DNA of 64,000 bases from Felis catus (Eukaryota). Shown here in pieces: positions 11,601 through 22,975 of the stretch; position 1 is the first letter of the stretch, and the number at the start of each line of letters is the position of its first letter. Made by a program: the position numbers and the translations under genes. The notes under the pieces were generated by a model. The model made no database searches, was not told where the DNA came from, and worked only from the letters and a program-made list of their open reading frames with translations. The stretch covers positions 100,876,001 to 100,940,000 of the forward strand of contig NC_058373.1 in assembly GCF_018350175.1 (NCBI RefSeq), read 5' to 3'.

Positions 11601-12660
11601 CACCATGAAAGATATGAGTCCCTAGCATGAGAGATCCCTCTTAATTTGTCCTTTTCTCCTTCTTTGAGTATTATTTTACTAAGAATATGCAGGCCTGACC
11701 CCCTGGTAACCCAAGCACTTCATTTGGTTCATCCAGTAGATGAGGCCAGGGATGTAGCCACAGAGAAAAGACTAAAATAACAACAAGAGTGTTTCTGCTA
11801 TGACTTGATGATGTTGTCCAAGTTTTCATTCTGAAGAACACGTTCTTTTAAGCTGTTTTGTAGTTGCTAAATGTGGAATATCATGTTTTCAAACTTTATT
11901 TGGTACTGATTTTGAAAAATTAGGGCTTTCAGTGAATGGTATTTATGGGTCTTCAATTTTTAAAATTTGTTTGAAAGGATGAATTAATAATCTTAGTCAT
12001 AGGTCATAATCGTAATCATTTGAGCTCAGGGAACAAAAGGTCATCAAAGAAATAATTTTGCCTGAGAAATAAAACGCAAGGATAAACCTGCCTTCAAACC
12101 ACCTCTAGAATTACTTATCTCCACATATCATATCATATGTATTTGTGTGTCTTTTTTTTTTTTCTTTTGGCTTTTCTATAAACGCTCTACATAGAGTTGA
12201 AAATCTCCCTTCGTGATATTTTCTAGCATGTTTGTATCTCCCCGACCGGGGCATTTTTCCTAGCATCTAATCTAATACCCACGTACTGTGTATTCAGCCT
12301 ATAGTCTTTTACTTCTTTTTATGAATACAAAATTATTTTTTAAAGTGATTTAATTCACATTTGTTCAGATCATCCTTTTTTATCAAATTACAGCCTTGGT
12401 AGATCATAAGTCCTTAACTTCACAACATCACTGACATAGAAGAGATTTAGGTAGATAAATCTCACTCATGTCAATGAGTATTTTTCCTGGAAATATCCTT
12501 TGAATTGGTTGGATTATTGGAGTTTCAAAATATTTTTATCTTCCTCTCATCTCCTTTTCGCTCTTCTCTTCTTTCCCTTACCCTCCCCATTTTTCTCTTT
12601 TACTTCCTTTCTCCCCAATACTGCTTCCTATTCTTACATTTCTTCCCTTTTCAAGTATTT

Positions 12661-12869
12661 TAAAAATTTTTTTAGCATTTATTCATTTTTGACAGAGACA
12701 GAACACAAGCAGGGAGGGGCAGAGAGAAAGGGAGACACAGAATCTGAAGCCAGCTCCAGGCTCTGAGCTGTCAGCACAGAGCCCAACATGGGGCTCGAAC
12801 CCACGAATCGTGAGATCATGACCTGAGCTGAGGTTGAAAGCTCAACCAACTGAACCACCCAGGTATCCC
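12661..12869 (-). mobile_element. CAN-SINE
   Basis: Reverse-complement SINE. TSD core TCTTCCCTTTT at 12641 and 12870. Confidence 0.95.
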
Positions 12870-12884
12870 TCTTCCCTTTTAAAT

Positions 12885-13200
12885 TATATATTGAGTCTCT
12901 ACCATGTGCTGGCTGTTAGGAATTCAGAGACAAACCCAACCAAAGCTATAGGCAAGAGATTCCCTATCTGATGGGTTAGACATTCAAGAACACTGGTGAT
13001 TAAAACAGTGTAAGTGCATCCACAAGGCAGATGGAAGGGGCACCTAATTCAACCAGGGTCGGGGGGGCTTCTAAGAGGTGGTGACATTTTAGGAAGAGTT
13101 GTAGGAGGGATAGAAACAGGCCAGACAGATGAGGTTGGGAAGGGAGTTCCTTTCAGAAAGCATAGCACCTTCCAAAACACTGAAGCAAGAAATATGGTTT
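12885..13200 (-). mobile_element. L2 fragment
   Basis: atatattgagtctctaccatgtgctgg resembles the reverse complement of the L2 3' end and is followed by purine-rich L2-like sequence. Confidence 0.6.
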
Positions 13201-14199
13201 TCCTCTTTCTTTCTTCTGATCACAGCTAACTCAAGGTTTACAAGTTGAGAACAGCCTTTAGTTTTAGAAAATATGCCTTACTTCTATCCACAATCTAGGG
13301 CCTTTCAAGGCATATTCTGAGTTATTATAAGTCACTAGCTTTGGAGTAAAGGAAAAGAGGCTAAGTGCAGTAGAAGTAAGGAAAAGAGAGTGAAGAAAAG
13401 GAACATATGCTTCACTAGGAATTAAAAAAAGAATCTGGCATCCCTGATTGGCTAAAACCGAGCTCATTGTATTCTCTCCTAATGATTTCTCCCCCAGCAC
13501 TCACTACTTAAGTGGGTGACACCATCACCCCTATTGGCCGAATAGTAATTGAAAGCCATCTATGATTTCTCTCTCTCCCTCTCTCACTGGGGAGCTCTAC
13601 CCCATCATTCCAGTCACAAAAATCCTGCCAATTTTGCCTCTGAGAATTGCTTCAAATCTCTCTTCTCCAGGCCAATCCTGTTACTACATCTTCACCCCTT
13701 TTCACGTGGATTCCTCCCAGAACCTCCTGTCTCTTTGTCTCAATCTTCTTCTTTAGTCCACCCTTTCATCCTTTGCATAAATCCCCTCGTTGCCTACAGC
13801 ATGGTTTCCTAATCTTTCCTGACCTATTTTGTCTTTTAAAGTTATATTGGCTCTTAAACTTCCATGGAGTTTAATTCTTATGATTTTATAAGTGTGTGTG
13901 ATATATAATAAAAAAGCTATTTTACATAGATCAAATATTATTTTAGATTATTTTATTATTAATTTTATTTTGAATCCAGTGTCAGTAATAATCATAATAG
14001 ATAGACCCATTTTGCCTGTTCCTCATTTCACAAGAGATGCATATGATGTGATTTTCTTTCAATAAATTATGTAGTAAAAAGCATGATATAAGATAAATAC
14101 ACTGAAAATATCATTGTATTTGGGTATGAGGACAAATACACAAGAAAATGTATGTTGACATTTGTTTAATGGCATGAAAAATAGACAAAATTATCTTAC

Positions 14200-14470
14200 T
14201 ATCTGATGTTTGTAATTCTTGCCTTTGGGGCTTTAAGAGCTTACCTGCTTTGATTTTATGAAATCTCCCTTTTCTTACTAAATCTATATCCAGGAGTTTT
14301 GAGGTTGCTCTTTTCCAGTTGCTTCTCCATGAATAATGCAATACACTTCAAATATGGATAGTCTTTGTTGCCAGTAAATGAAAGCTAAAGCAGAAAACAA
14401 TTGTCACTAAAATTTTTTATAACTTTGGTTGTTGAAGTACCAGGGATTTCTTCACCTATACCATAAAGAT
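14200..14470 (-). mobile_element. Possible highly degraded hAT (Charlie/Buster) transposase N-terminal remnant
   Basis: Manual minus-strand translation PGTSTTKVIKNFSDNCFLL*LSFTGNKDYPYLKCI resembles the BED-finger-proximal motif (roughly KRKYDxSYLxxGFxxTGxxxxPxPxC) of Buster/Charlie transposases. The context is AT-rich. Confidence 0.3.
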
Positions 14471-14675
14471 TATGATGAAATGAATGGATTTTGTGGTGAA
14501 GATAATATTGAGGTGAATTTGCAAAGTTATTTTTATGCTCCTCATTATTATAATTTTAACATCAGCATTCCTTTTGGTTTTGAATTTTAAGTGGAAATCA
14601 ATTATGAGCATATGAATTATCCATGTATGCATTCATATTTATATATTCATATCAAGTATGAATATATGATTTTTT

Positions 14676-14871
14676 AAAACCTTATTTATTTTGAGAGAGA
14701 GAGAGAGCGAGCACGAACAGGGGAGAGGCACAGAAAGGAGAAAATCCCAAGCAGGCTCTGAGCTATCAGTGCAGAGCCTGACGCAGGGCTTGAACCCACA
14801 AACTGTGAGATCATGACCTGAGTCAAAATAAAGAGTTGGATGCTTAACCGACTGAGCCACCCAGGCACCTC
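14676..14871 (-). mobile_element. CAN-SINE
   Basis: Reverse-complement SINE. TSD TGAATAT(A/G)TGATTTTT at 14659 and 14872. Confidence 0.95.
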
Positions 14872-14964
14872 TGAATATGTGATTTTTAAAAATGAGAAAT
14901 TGTTAGAGGTTAAAATTCCCCTGCCCCAGTGTCAGAACTAGAAGTATTATAATGGCTAACATTT

Positions 14965-15139
14965 TTTAGTGCTTTCATGGAGTAGCTCAATTATTGCTCA
15001 CAATTACCTCAAAAATAGGTACAATGGTTATTGGCATTTTGCAAACAAGAAAACAGAGGTTCAGAGACATTGCCTGAAATTACACAGCTAATAAGTGATG
15101 GAGCTGTGCTCCCAGTTTGATTCTAGAGCCCTCACTCTT
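14965..15139 (-). mobile_element. MIR (split by an L1 insertion; resumes at 15619-15645)
   Basis: aagaaaacagaggttcagagac ... acacagctaataagtgatggagc ... tctagagccctcactctt. Confidence 0.75.
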
Positions 15140-15618
15140 TTTCTTTTTAAATATAATTTATTGTCAAGTTAGCTAACATATAGTGTATACACTGTGCTCT
15201 TGGCTTCAGGAGTAGATTCCCACGATTCATCACTTATATACAACACCCAGTGCTCATCCCAACAAGTGCCCTCCTCAATGCCCATCACCCATTTCCCCCT
15301 TTCCCCGTACCTCCCCATCAACCCTCAGTTTGTTCTCTTTATTCAAGAGTCTCTTATGGTTTGCCTCCCTCTCTGTTTAAAACTATTTTTTCCCTTCTCT
15401 TCCCCCATGGTCTTCTGTTAAGTTTCTCAAATTCCACATATGAGTGAAAACATATGAAATCTGTCTCTCTGACTTATTTCACTTAGCATAATACCCTCCA
15501 GTTCCATCCATGCTGTTGCAAATGGCAAGATTTCATCCTTTCTCAGCACCAAGTAGTATTCCATTGTATATATAAGCCACATCTTCTTTATCCATTCATT
15601 AGTTGATGGACATTTGGG
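15140..15618 (-). mobile_element. 5'-truncated carnivore L1 3' end
   Basis: T-rich tail at 15140, carnivore L1 3'UTR, and the ORF2 C-terminal peptide KCPSTNEWIKKMW...ILPFATAWMELEGIMLSEISQ. TSD TAGAGCCC(T/C)CACTCTT at 15124-15139 and 15619-15634, with a TT|AAGA nick site. Confidence 0.95.
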
Positions 15619-16349
15619 TAGAGCCCCCACTCTTAACCATGTTGTTTTATTTCTGCCTGCTGAGTATGTCTTAAGCAGATTCACTTGATACATATTTGGA
15701 TTCTCTTGATGAGATCTGCTTAAAAGAAAAAAAAACATTTTATTTTTTGATTCAAAACAAAAAACTAGAGGAGAAAACTGCTACCATTAACATTAATTAT
15801 TTCCTTTTACATCCTTACAGTAGCTTCCCGCCACACCTTCACTCCCGCTGTGCCTTCTGCCTGGCGTGCCCTCCTTTCCGGCCTTGGCTTGGCTGACTGG
15901 TGTTTTATGATCCAGCTTTTCAGCTTCCTTTTGCTTCCACTCTCACCTATGCCCCACAGCACCCTTTCCCTAGTTGTGGTGGATTTTCTGTAGTCAACTG
16001 GGCACCACCACCACCACTCTTGCCTAAGGCTGGGAATTAGATTTACAAGAATCACATCCCCTGTGTAGCTCCAGATTTAATTTTGCCACTGAGAGGAAGT
16101 CCTGTGAGATTTAGGGGTGGAAGTGAAATGAAGATCGTTTTTCTCAGCGGGGTGTGGTTCAGGCATGGCTTCCTGGTATCTGCTCTCCCATGTCTTCCAA
16201 CAAGCCTATGGTCCCCTGGTTTTATATTAAATCTTTTATATAGAGAGAGTGACTCCTGTTTCCTGACCAAACCTTGGCTGATGTGCCATGTTTGCCGTTC
16301 TTCCTATCCCATTGAGTTTAATAATCTAAATCATGTACAAACATCTTCC

Positions 16350-16450
16350 CAACCAGACATGGGTCCTCTAAAGGCCAGATCATCTTTCAATACCAAATAC
16401 CTGGCCTGGTATGTAGTAGACACTCAATAAATACTTGACTGATGAAGATA
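16350..16450 (+). mobile_element. L2 3' end
   Basis: cctggtatgtagtagacactcaataaatacttgactgatgaa. Confidence 0.65.
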
Positions 16451-17164
16451 CTTAACTCTAGTAAACCTCAATTACTTTAGGGAGCAGAAGGTGCGTATTT
16501 GGGGGTCATTGGTGGAGTCAGTCTTGCCAATGGCTGCCACCTGCAGGCATAAGGGAAAAAAGGAAAGAGGGGAAAAAAGAGGGCTGGGTGGGGGGAGGGG
16601 GGAAGTGAAATGAGGGTGGTGAAGAGGGGGAACAGAATAGGAAGCAGAAAGGCTTGGGTCACCGAGTGTCTTGTTGATGGCTCTGGGCTGGGCAGCTGGT
16701 CACCTGGAATGGCTCTGCTCTTTTCTCCACAATCTTGTCCCAGAGAAGAACTTGACTTTTCCACCTTTCTGATTCTGCCAATGGCATTAGCCAAGCTGTA
16801 TGAGAGCATCCAAAGAAAGCTAGCCAAACCCTGGGTGTCACAGCAGCCTTTATGTTCTTGGAAACAGCCAGAGGCAGAGACCTACAGGGAAGCCCATCGG
16901 TTTAGAAGATACCCATTCCCCAAAGAGGTAGGAGGAGGCAGAATCCAAATCCTAAGGCAAAGTTTTGTAAAGGATAGACTCCGTTTCTAAATTGTCTGTC
17001 ATCTTAGACTAAAAAATTCAAATAATTTTTTTTCTTTACTTGTTCAGTAAAAAGGATCATTTTTATACTGGGGGCTAGAGAAGTTAAAATGTTTTTGGCC
17101 AAAAATACTAGGGGCTTTATCAGGAGGCATTTTGTTAGGCTATTATTCATGATCAGTTCCATAA

Positions 17165-17340
17165 GGGACTCCTGGGTGTCTCAGTCAGTTGAGCATCTGA
17201 CTCTTGATTTTGGTGCAGGTCCTGATCCCAAATTCGTGGGATCCAGCCCCACACTGGGCTCTGTGCTGAGCGTGGAGCCTGCTTAAATTCTCTCTTGCTC
17301 TCTCTCTCAAAATAAAAAAAATTTTAAAAATCAAAAAATA
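17165..17340 (+). mobile_element. CAN-SINE (older subfamily)
   Basis: SINE head, short CT tract, A tail and degenerate TSD agt(t)tccat. Confidence 0.92.
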
Positions 17341-17989
17341 AAGTTTCCATGACCAAATTCTCACCACTGAACAAAATGCTTTCAGATCAGTGGTGCTTTG
17401 TAATTTTAATAATTTTAATCATTTGTGCAGACTTCTTGATGCTTTCCCCTCACGATGAAAGAGAAGTAGAAAATGGTTTTTTTCTTTGTTTTGTACAACG
17501 GACACAGTTACTGTCCTCCTTCAAAGAAAGAAGCTGCTTCCCCCCATCCCTTGCTCCCTTTTCCAAGGGGAATACAAAAAAATCAACTACCAAACAGACA
17601 GCAAGTTGAAATTTTTCAATAGGTCAGGATGCATTTAAATTTAAATAAATGGTTTGTAACAATGTAGATTTATTTAATTTTCTTTACAGTCAAGGGTTGC
17701 ATGCCGCTCCCACTTACCTACTAGGAATATGGTCATCTTTCATATAGGTTTCTCACGAAACCTGCTTTCATATGAAAGACAATAAAATTACTTTAAATGC
17801 TAACTTGTTTTATAATTTTTATGAGGTCTCCTGCAGATTTTAAGAAATTGCATGCAAAATGTTTATATGTATATATTACTGCCACATTAAAAAATAACTG
17901 TGAACTTAATTCTATAAATTAAAATAATTCTCAAATAGCAGGAAACAGTGAAAACCAATTGGAAAAGAAAGCCATTAAAGAAGTGAATA

Positions 17990-18089
17990 GGGAGTGGGGA
18001 GAATTGGGGGGAGGTTGGAGGGGTGGAGGGGAGCCTAGGGCGGGGGGTGGGGGTGGGGAGGTAGCTGGTGGCAGCAGCGGGGGAGGGGC
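17990..18089 (+). repeat. G-rich low-complexity tract with G-quadruplex potential
   Basis: More than eight runs of GGG or longer within 100 bp. Confidence 0.8.
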
Positions 18090-19589
18090 AGTTGTGATGG
18101 AGTTGAATAAATAGCATGCTTATATTTTTATTTTATTAAACCTTGCTTTGGATCCTAGTCTTCTAACATGTTCACAAATACAAATTCAACATTAAAAGTA
18201 AATCAGGCAGTGTCTAAAACCAGTTCCTTGGAGATGACGGATTTGCCCATTAGGAAGGCCAGAAGAAGATCCTGGGGTGTGTGTTTCTGGCCTGAGCTGC
18301 TTCCTCTTGCTTCAGGGGAGAACCTGGGCTCAGGGAGCCTGCAGGCACACTTAGGCTGGAGACAGCACAGTCAGTGCTGCACAGGAGGGGAGGTGTGGCT
18401 GCAGGAACCAGTTTCAAGAGACCAGAGCTCTCTGGTATGAGTTATGAGCTCTCAGGGATGGATGGACTTGGAGGGGATGAGGAGGGCAGGAGGCAGTCGT
18501 TGGGGGTTAAGAGGAGGAGGGACAAGTGAACTTTCCAATACTCAGCATGAGCTGTCAGTTCCTTCCCTCCCGGCAGACATCTGTGCTCTTAGACCTCCTC
18601 TCTCTCTGCCATTCCAGGAGTGCTGGGCAACAGCTTTCCCTCCTCCTGGCGAGGACCCTCCAAAGCACACTCATCAGAAAAACACAGCCGGGGTACATTA
18701 CATCAGCATAGGGTGGGGCCTGAAGAACAAAACAGCCCCTCACTGCTTTGAGTGGGAATGATTCAACTCCATTCAGGAATGGGTCAAGGGGGAAAATCCA
18801 CAGTTCAAACCTAATAATTTTTGCCTCTTGTTTACAAAGAGTTTGAAATGTGAGTGAGGTAGAGAGCCAGAGCTGTTACAATCTTTTGCTTTAAAGGTGC
18901 CTCTTATGAGGATCCCTTTGATATTCCTTTGGATTGCTTTTTGCTTTTCTATATTCATCTTAAAAAAAAAAAAACTGGTTTAGTTTTTAATAGTCCTTGT
19001 CATGATGCAAAGGGCCAGACTCCAGCTGTTCTTCCCAAACCTCTGGGAGAGGCCTGGTTACATCTCGTTCTCGTAAATCTTGAATCCAGTTCTAGCAAGT
19101 CTTTAAGCCTGACCCTGACATGCCCAGGCAATGGATGATTAGAAACAGGAGAGGCGGAAAAGTCCAGTGCCAAGCTGTGTCCACTTAAAAAACACATCAT
19201 CTGGCAACGGCCATTTCAACATGTGGAGCAAAGTGGCACATGTCTGTCTGTACAAAGCACGGCAAGGTTATAGATTTACAGTTTTACTTTTGTATTTTTA
19301 TACAACTTTACCAAGAAGACCAAAGTCAGGGCAAGGCTGCTGATTTTCTGACAATATGTGGGCCCATTGAGAGAGGACTTTGTTATATATAAAAGTGTAT
19401 TTACCTGTGTTTTGTGGCAGAGATAGAATTTAATAGACATAAAAGAAATTATTTATCAGTATCTATGTATCAATAAATATTCTCTGTCTATTAACATCCA
19501 TTATAATTTATTAATATTAAATATTTGTTGGTATTAGTTATTCAGTATTTAGTGAAGTTAAAAATTTAATTAATAATTGAATGTTCACC

Positions 19590-19923
19590 AAAATCCTTGG
19601 GTGGGGCTACATGACTCATTCTGGTCAATGCACTTTGAGCGAAATGGTGTATGTCAGTTCCTGGCTGAGGGAGTTACAAGCTCTTACTTAACCCTTCAGC
19701 TCTCTTTTCTTCCCCTACTTCAACCTAGGAGACCACATGTGGATCTCTGGAGCCACCTGATAAAAGCAGGTGGCCCTGAACCCCCCTAGGAAAATTGTTA
19801 TGGAGAGTCTTCAAAACCTAAAATGGACTGGGTGAGCAAAAAATAAATTTTCATGTGTAAGCCATTCAGATTTCAAGTTTTGTTTGTTACTGCAGCATCA
19901 CCGAGTCTCTCCTAGCAAATACA
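19590..19923 (+). mobile_element. MaLR LTR (old MLT1-type)
   Basis: catgactcattctggtcaatg ... aataaattttcatgtgtaagccattcagattt ... ttgtttgttactgcagcat ... aataca end. Confidence 0.75.
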
Positions 19924-20174
19924 TCCTTTACCAATGTAAGAGATGTAGGAGAAAGCTGATGTAGGAGAGAAGCTGCGCAAAGTGGAGGAATTAAGTAAAA
20001 TATGCAGTTATAAAAGCCACATCTTCAGATCATCAAGTACCTGACTGCAGTATTTAGTGAAGGGACGTCAGGGAAGATGCCGTGAGAAGAAAATGGCAGC
20101 ATCCCAATAGTTCTGACGTAGTGGAAAAGTGGAACATTAAAACATTTTACTATTTAGTGTTTAAAGGATTACTT

Positions 20175-20480
20175 AGAAATTGTTGAGAGGTAAATTGGTA
20201 CAACATTTCTGGAAGGCACTTTGACATCATACATGAACAATTAAATTGTACAGATCGCTTGGCCGACAATTTCACTTCTAGAGAATGATCCTTCATAAAT
20301 AATTGGATAAGTGTGAAAATGTATGTGTTCAAGTATGTTTACCGCAAAATTAGTGGGAAATTATAAACATCCTAAATATCTAACAACAGGCAATTGTTCA
20401 AATAGCCAATTGTTTCATTTCTACCTTAGAATGTTACATAGGTCTAACAACAAAGAGAGTTTTGTATATTGATATGAAGT
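20175..20480 (+). mobile_element. Ancient L1 (L1ME-like) fragment
   Basis: gtaaattggtacaacatttctggaaggcacttt ... aatttcacttctagagaat ... aaacatcctaaatatctaacaacagg. Confidence 0.7.
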
Positions 20481-20488
20481 AGGCGTTC

Positions 20489-20737
20489 TGGTAAGCAGCC
20501 TTTCAGATAGTCCCCAGTGATCCCTATTTCCTGGTATTTATGCCCTGGTTTGATCCCCTTCCTTTGAATGTGGGCTGGACCTAGTGATTTGCTTCTAATA
20601 AATAGATATGGCAAAAGTAATGGGATGACACTTTTGAGATTAGGTTCCAAAAAGACTAGCTTCTGTCTTGTTCTCTTTTGCTCTCTTGCTTGCATGCTCT
20701 TAGCGAAGTTAGCTGCCATTACTGTAAGCTGATCTAT
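20489..20737 (+). mobile_element. MaLR LTR 5' part (MLT1E/F-like)
   Basis: tggtaagcagcc ... tgggctggacctagtgatttgcttctaataaatagatatggcaaaagtaatgggatgacactt. Confidence 0.75.
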
Positions 20738-21603
20738 TGTGATATTGTGATTTATAATAAGAAATATATATTTGGTCTTCATACCCATTTCTCATACAGC
20801 GATCTTAAAACCATTGGAATTTCCTAAATGATAAGAGTGACAAAAGTGTCCTAGGTAACCTAAGGATGGGAACTAGTTGCTACGGAACGTACTATATGAT
20901 TAGAGGGGTGGGACTGAAAGCTCCTGACTTCCAGGGAGGGGAGAAGGGCTGGGAGTTGACTCAATTGCCAATGGCTGATGACTTTTAATCAATCATGGTT
21001 ATATAATGAAGCCTCCATAAAACCATGAAACCCAAAAGAACAGATTTGGAGAGCTTCCAGATTGGTGACATGTGGAAATTCAGAGACTATGGTGCACTCA
21101 GAAGGAGCATGGAAGCTCCAAACCTCTTCCCACATACCTTGCCCTATGCATCCCTTCCATCTGGCTATTCCTGAATTATATCCTTTTGTAATAAACCAGT
21201 AATCTAGTAAGTAAAATGTTTCTGAGTCCTGTAAGCTCTCTAGCAAATTAATTAAACCTAAAGCGGGGGTTGTTTGAACCTACAATCTATGGCCGTTGGG
21301 TGAGAAGCACGGGTGACAACCTGTACTTGTGAATGGCATCTGAACTGGGGCTATTTCTGTGGGAGCGAGCGCTTAACCTATGCAATCTGTCAGAACTGAG
21401 TTGAATTGGATTTGGCTCCAGTCCAAGATGGTGACTTAGGAAGACAACTGAACTCACCTCCTCCCTGGAACACACAAAATTACACCTATTAATAGAACAA
21501 CTCCTCCTGAAGAACTGAGTTAAATTGTAGGACACCCAGCTGGCGTCAGAGAATTGCTTGGTGTTGGGGAGAAAACCCGGCCACTGGAATTGGGTGCAGA
21601 ATC
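20738..21603 (+). mobile_element. MER21-like ERV LTR containing a nested 102-bp insertion
   Basis: Starts TGTGATATTGTGATTTATAATAAGAAATATATATTTGGTCTT. Also contains taatgaagcctccataaaacc, ggagagcttccagattggtga and gttaaattgtaggacacccagctggcgtc. Confidence 0.8.
21409..21510 (+). mobile_element. 5'-terminal fragment of an L1-like 5'UTR, no poly(A), flanked by a 17-bp TSD
   Basis: CCAAGATGGTGACTTAGGAAGACAACTGAACTCACCTCCTCCC resembles L1 starts. Flanks are AGAACTGAGTTGAATTG (21392-21408) and AGAACTGAGTTAAATTG (21511-21527). Confidence 0.7.
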
Positions 21604-21679
21604 TTACCTGTGAAGATATCCACGTGTGTATCTCTAAACTTGAGATTATAATAGACCTTCAAAAGATACGTGTTAATGG

Positions 21680-22975
21680 TCTTATTTATGTTTTCAGCAA
21701 ATATTTACCAAACACTCATGTGCCAGACATTTTGCTGGCTCTGTGGATACAGTGTTGAGCTGTTGGACACTTGTAAAGGGCACAGTCTAGGGGAAAAGGG
21801 CAACATCAAGACAGCAAAGAGAGCAACCTGTGGGAGAGTTCTCAGGTAGGGATGGTCTTGGAGTATTTGGGGAAATGAAAATTGCGGCTGAAGCAGAGTA
21901 AGGGATAGAGAGATGATGAGAGGTGAGGCTACAGCAGTGGGCAGTGGTTACATGATGATTCTCAATTTTATTTTAGGTACCACGTGAGCCACAGGAAAGA
22001 TTTTGAGTGGGCAAGAGCTATTTTATTTTGAAAAGATTATTGTGACTGCTTTATGGAGAATAGGTTGGCCCTGGGCAAGAAGTGAGGTAGGAAGTCTGGT
22101 TATGAGGTTATGGTATTGGTCTCTGTGATAGAGGTGGTCGTGGAAAGAACAGGGGGGCAGGGAAGTGACAAGCTTGGTATACACCATGGAGACAATTGTG
22201 TTGACAAGGTTGGTGTTGGATTGCATATAAGAGTTGAGGGATGGGATGTGTCAGAATAACCCTCATACTCTGGTTGTTATAGTGCCATTTACTGAGTTGG
22301 GAGGACACTGCAGAAGCGCAGCTGTATGAGGAGAGATGAAAAGTTCACATTGAGATGCCTGAGAAATATTCAAGAAGAGTTGCCAACCAAGCAGTTAGAT
22401 AGTGGGTCTTGAATGCAAAAAAAGAGGTCTTGGCTGGTGATAGCAACTTGGGAATGATTAGCTCACAGATGTTTTCTCTAAGTCTGTGAGGGGAAATGAG
22501 GAAGGAGACTAAAGTGAGGAGTCAGGGCTTAGGACTTGAGATACCACAGGGCATATACTTAGCACTATGTCTGGTACAGAGGAAGCACTCAACAAATGTA
22601 AGTTATTGTTATGGTTTATAACAACTGTTGTTGTTGCCCTGCTGCTGTTTTTATTGTTAGTAGAGTCACAGATAAAAACCAGAAGGGGGGCACCTGGGTG
22701 GTTCAGTCAGTTAAGCACCTGACTTCAGCTCAGGTCATGATCTCACCGCTCATGAGTTCGAGCCCGCATCGGGTTCTGTGCTGAAAGCTCAGAGCCTGGA
22801 GCCTCCTTTCGATTCTGTGTCTCCCTCTCTCTCTCTGCCCCTGTCCCACTCATGCTCTGTCTCTTTCTCTCAAAAATAAATAAACATTAAAAAGAAAAAA
22901 ACAGGAGAGAGTGGTGTGACAGAAACTGAGAAGAAGGCATGTAGGGGAGGAGGTGACCAAATGCTGTAAGAATCA
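21680..22975 (-). mobile_element. L2 (fragmented; interrupted by a MIR piece at about 22550-22620 and by a SINE)
   Basis: ttcagcaaatatttacc ... atgtgccagac, tattttgaaaagattattgtgactgct, gtgccatttactgagttggg and aagcagttagat. Confidence 0.75.
22687..22900 (+). mobile_element. CAN-SINE
   Basis: Complete head, CT tract and AATAAATAAACATTAAAA tail. Confidence 0.96.

Noticed and set aside
16610..16990. 126-aa ORF with an overlapping 116-aa antisense ORF
   Set aside because: No recognisable domain, partly low-complexity purine-rich DNA, and a length expected by chance in 64 kb.
17815..17828. 14-mer ATTTTTATGAGGTC shared with 48480-48493
   Set aside because: Several chance 14-mer matches are expected between positions of an AT-rich 64-kb window, and the flanks do not align.
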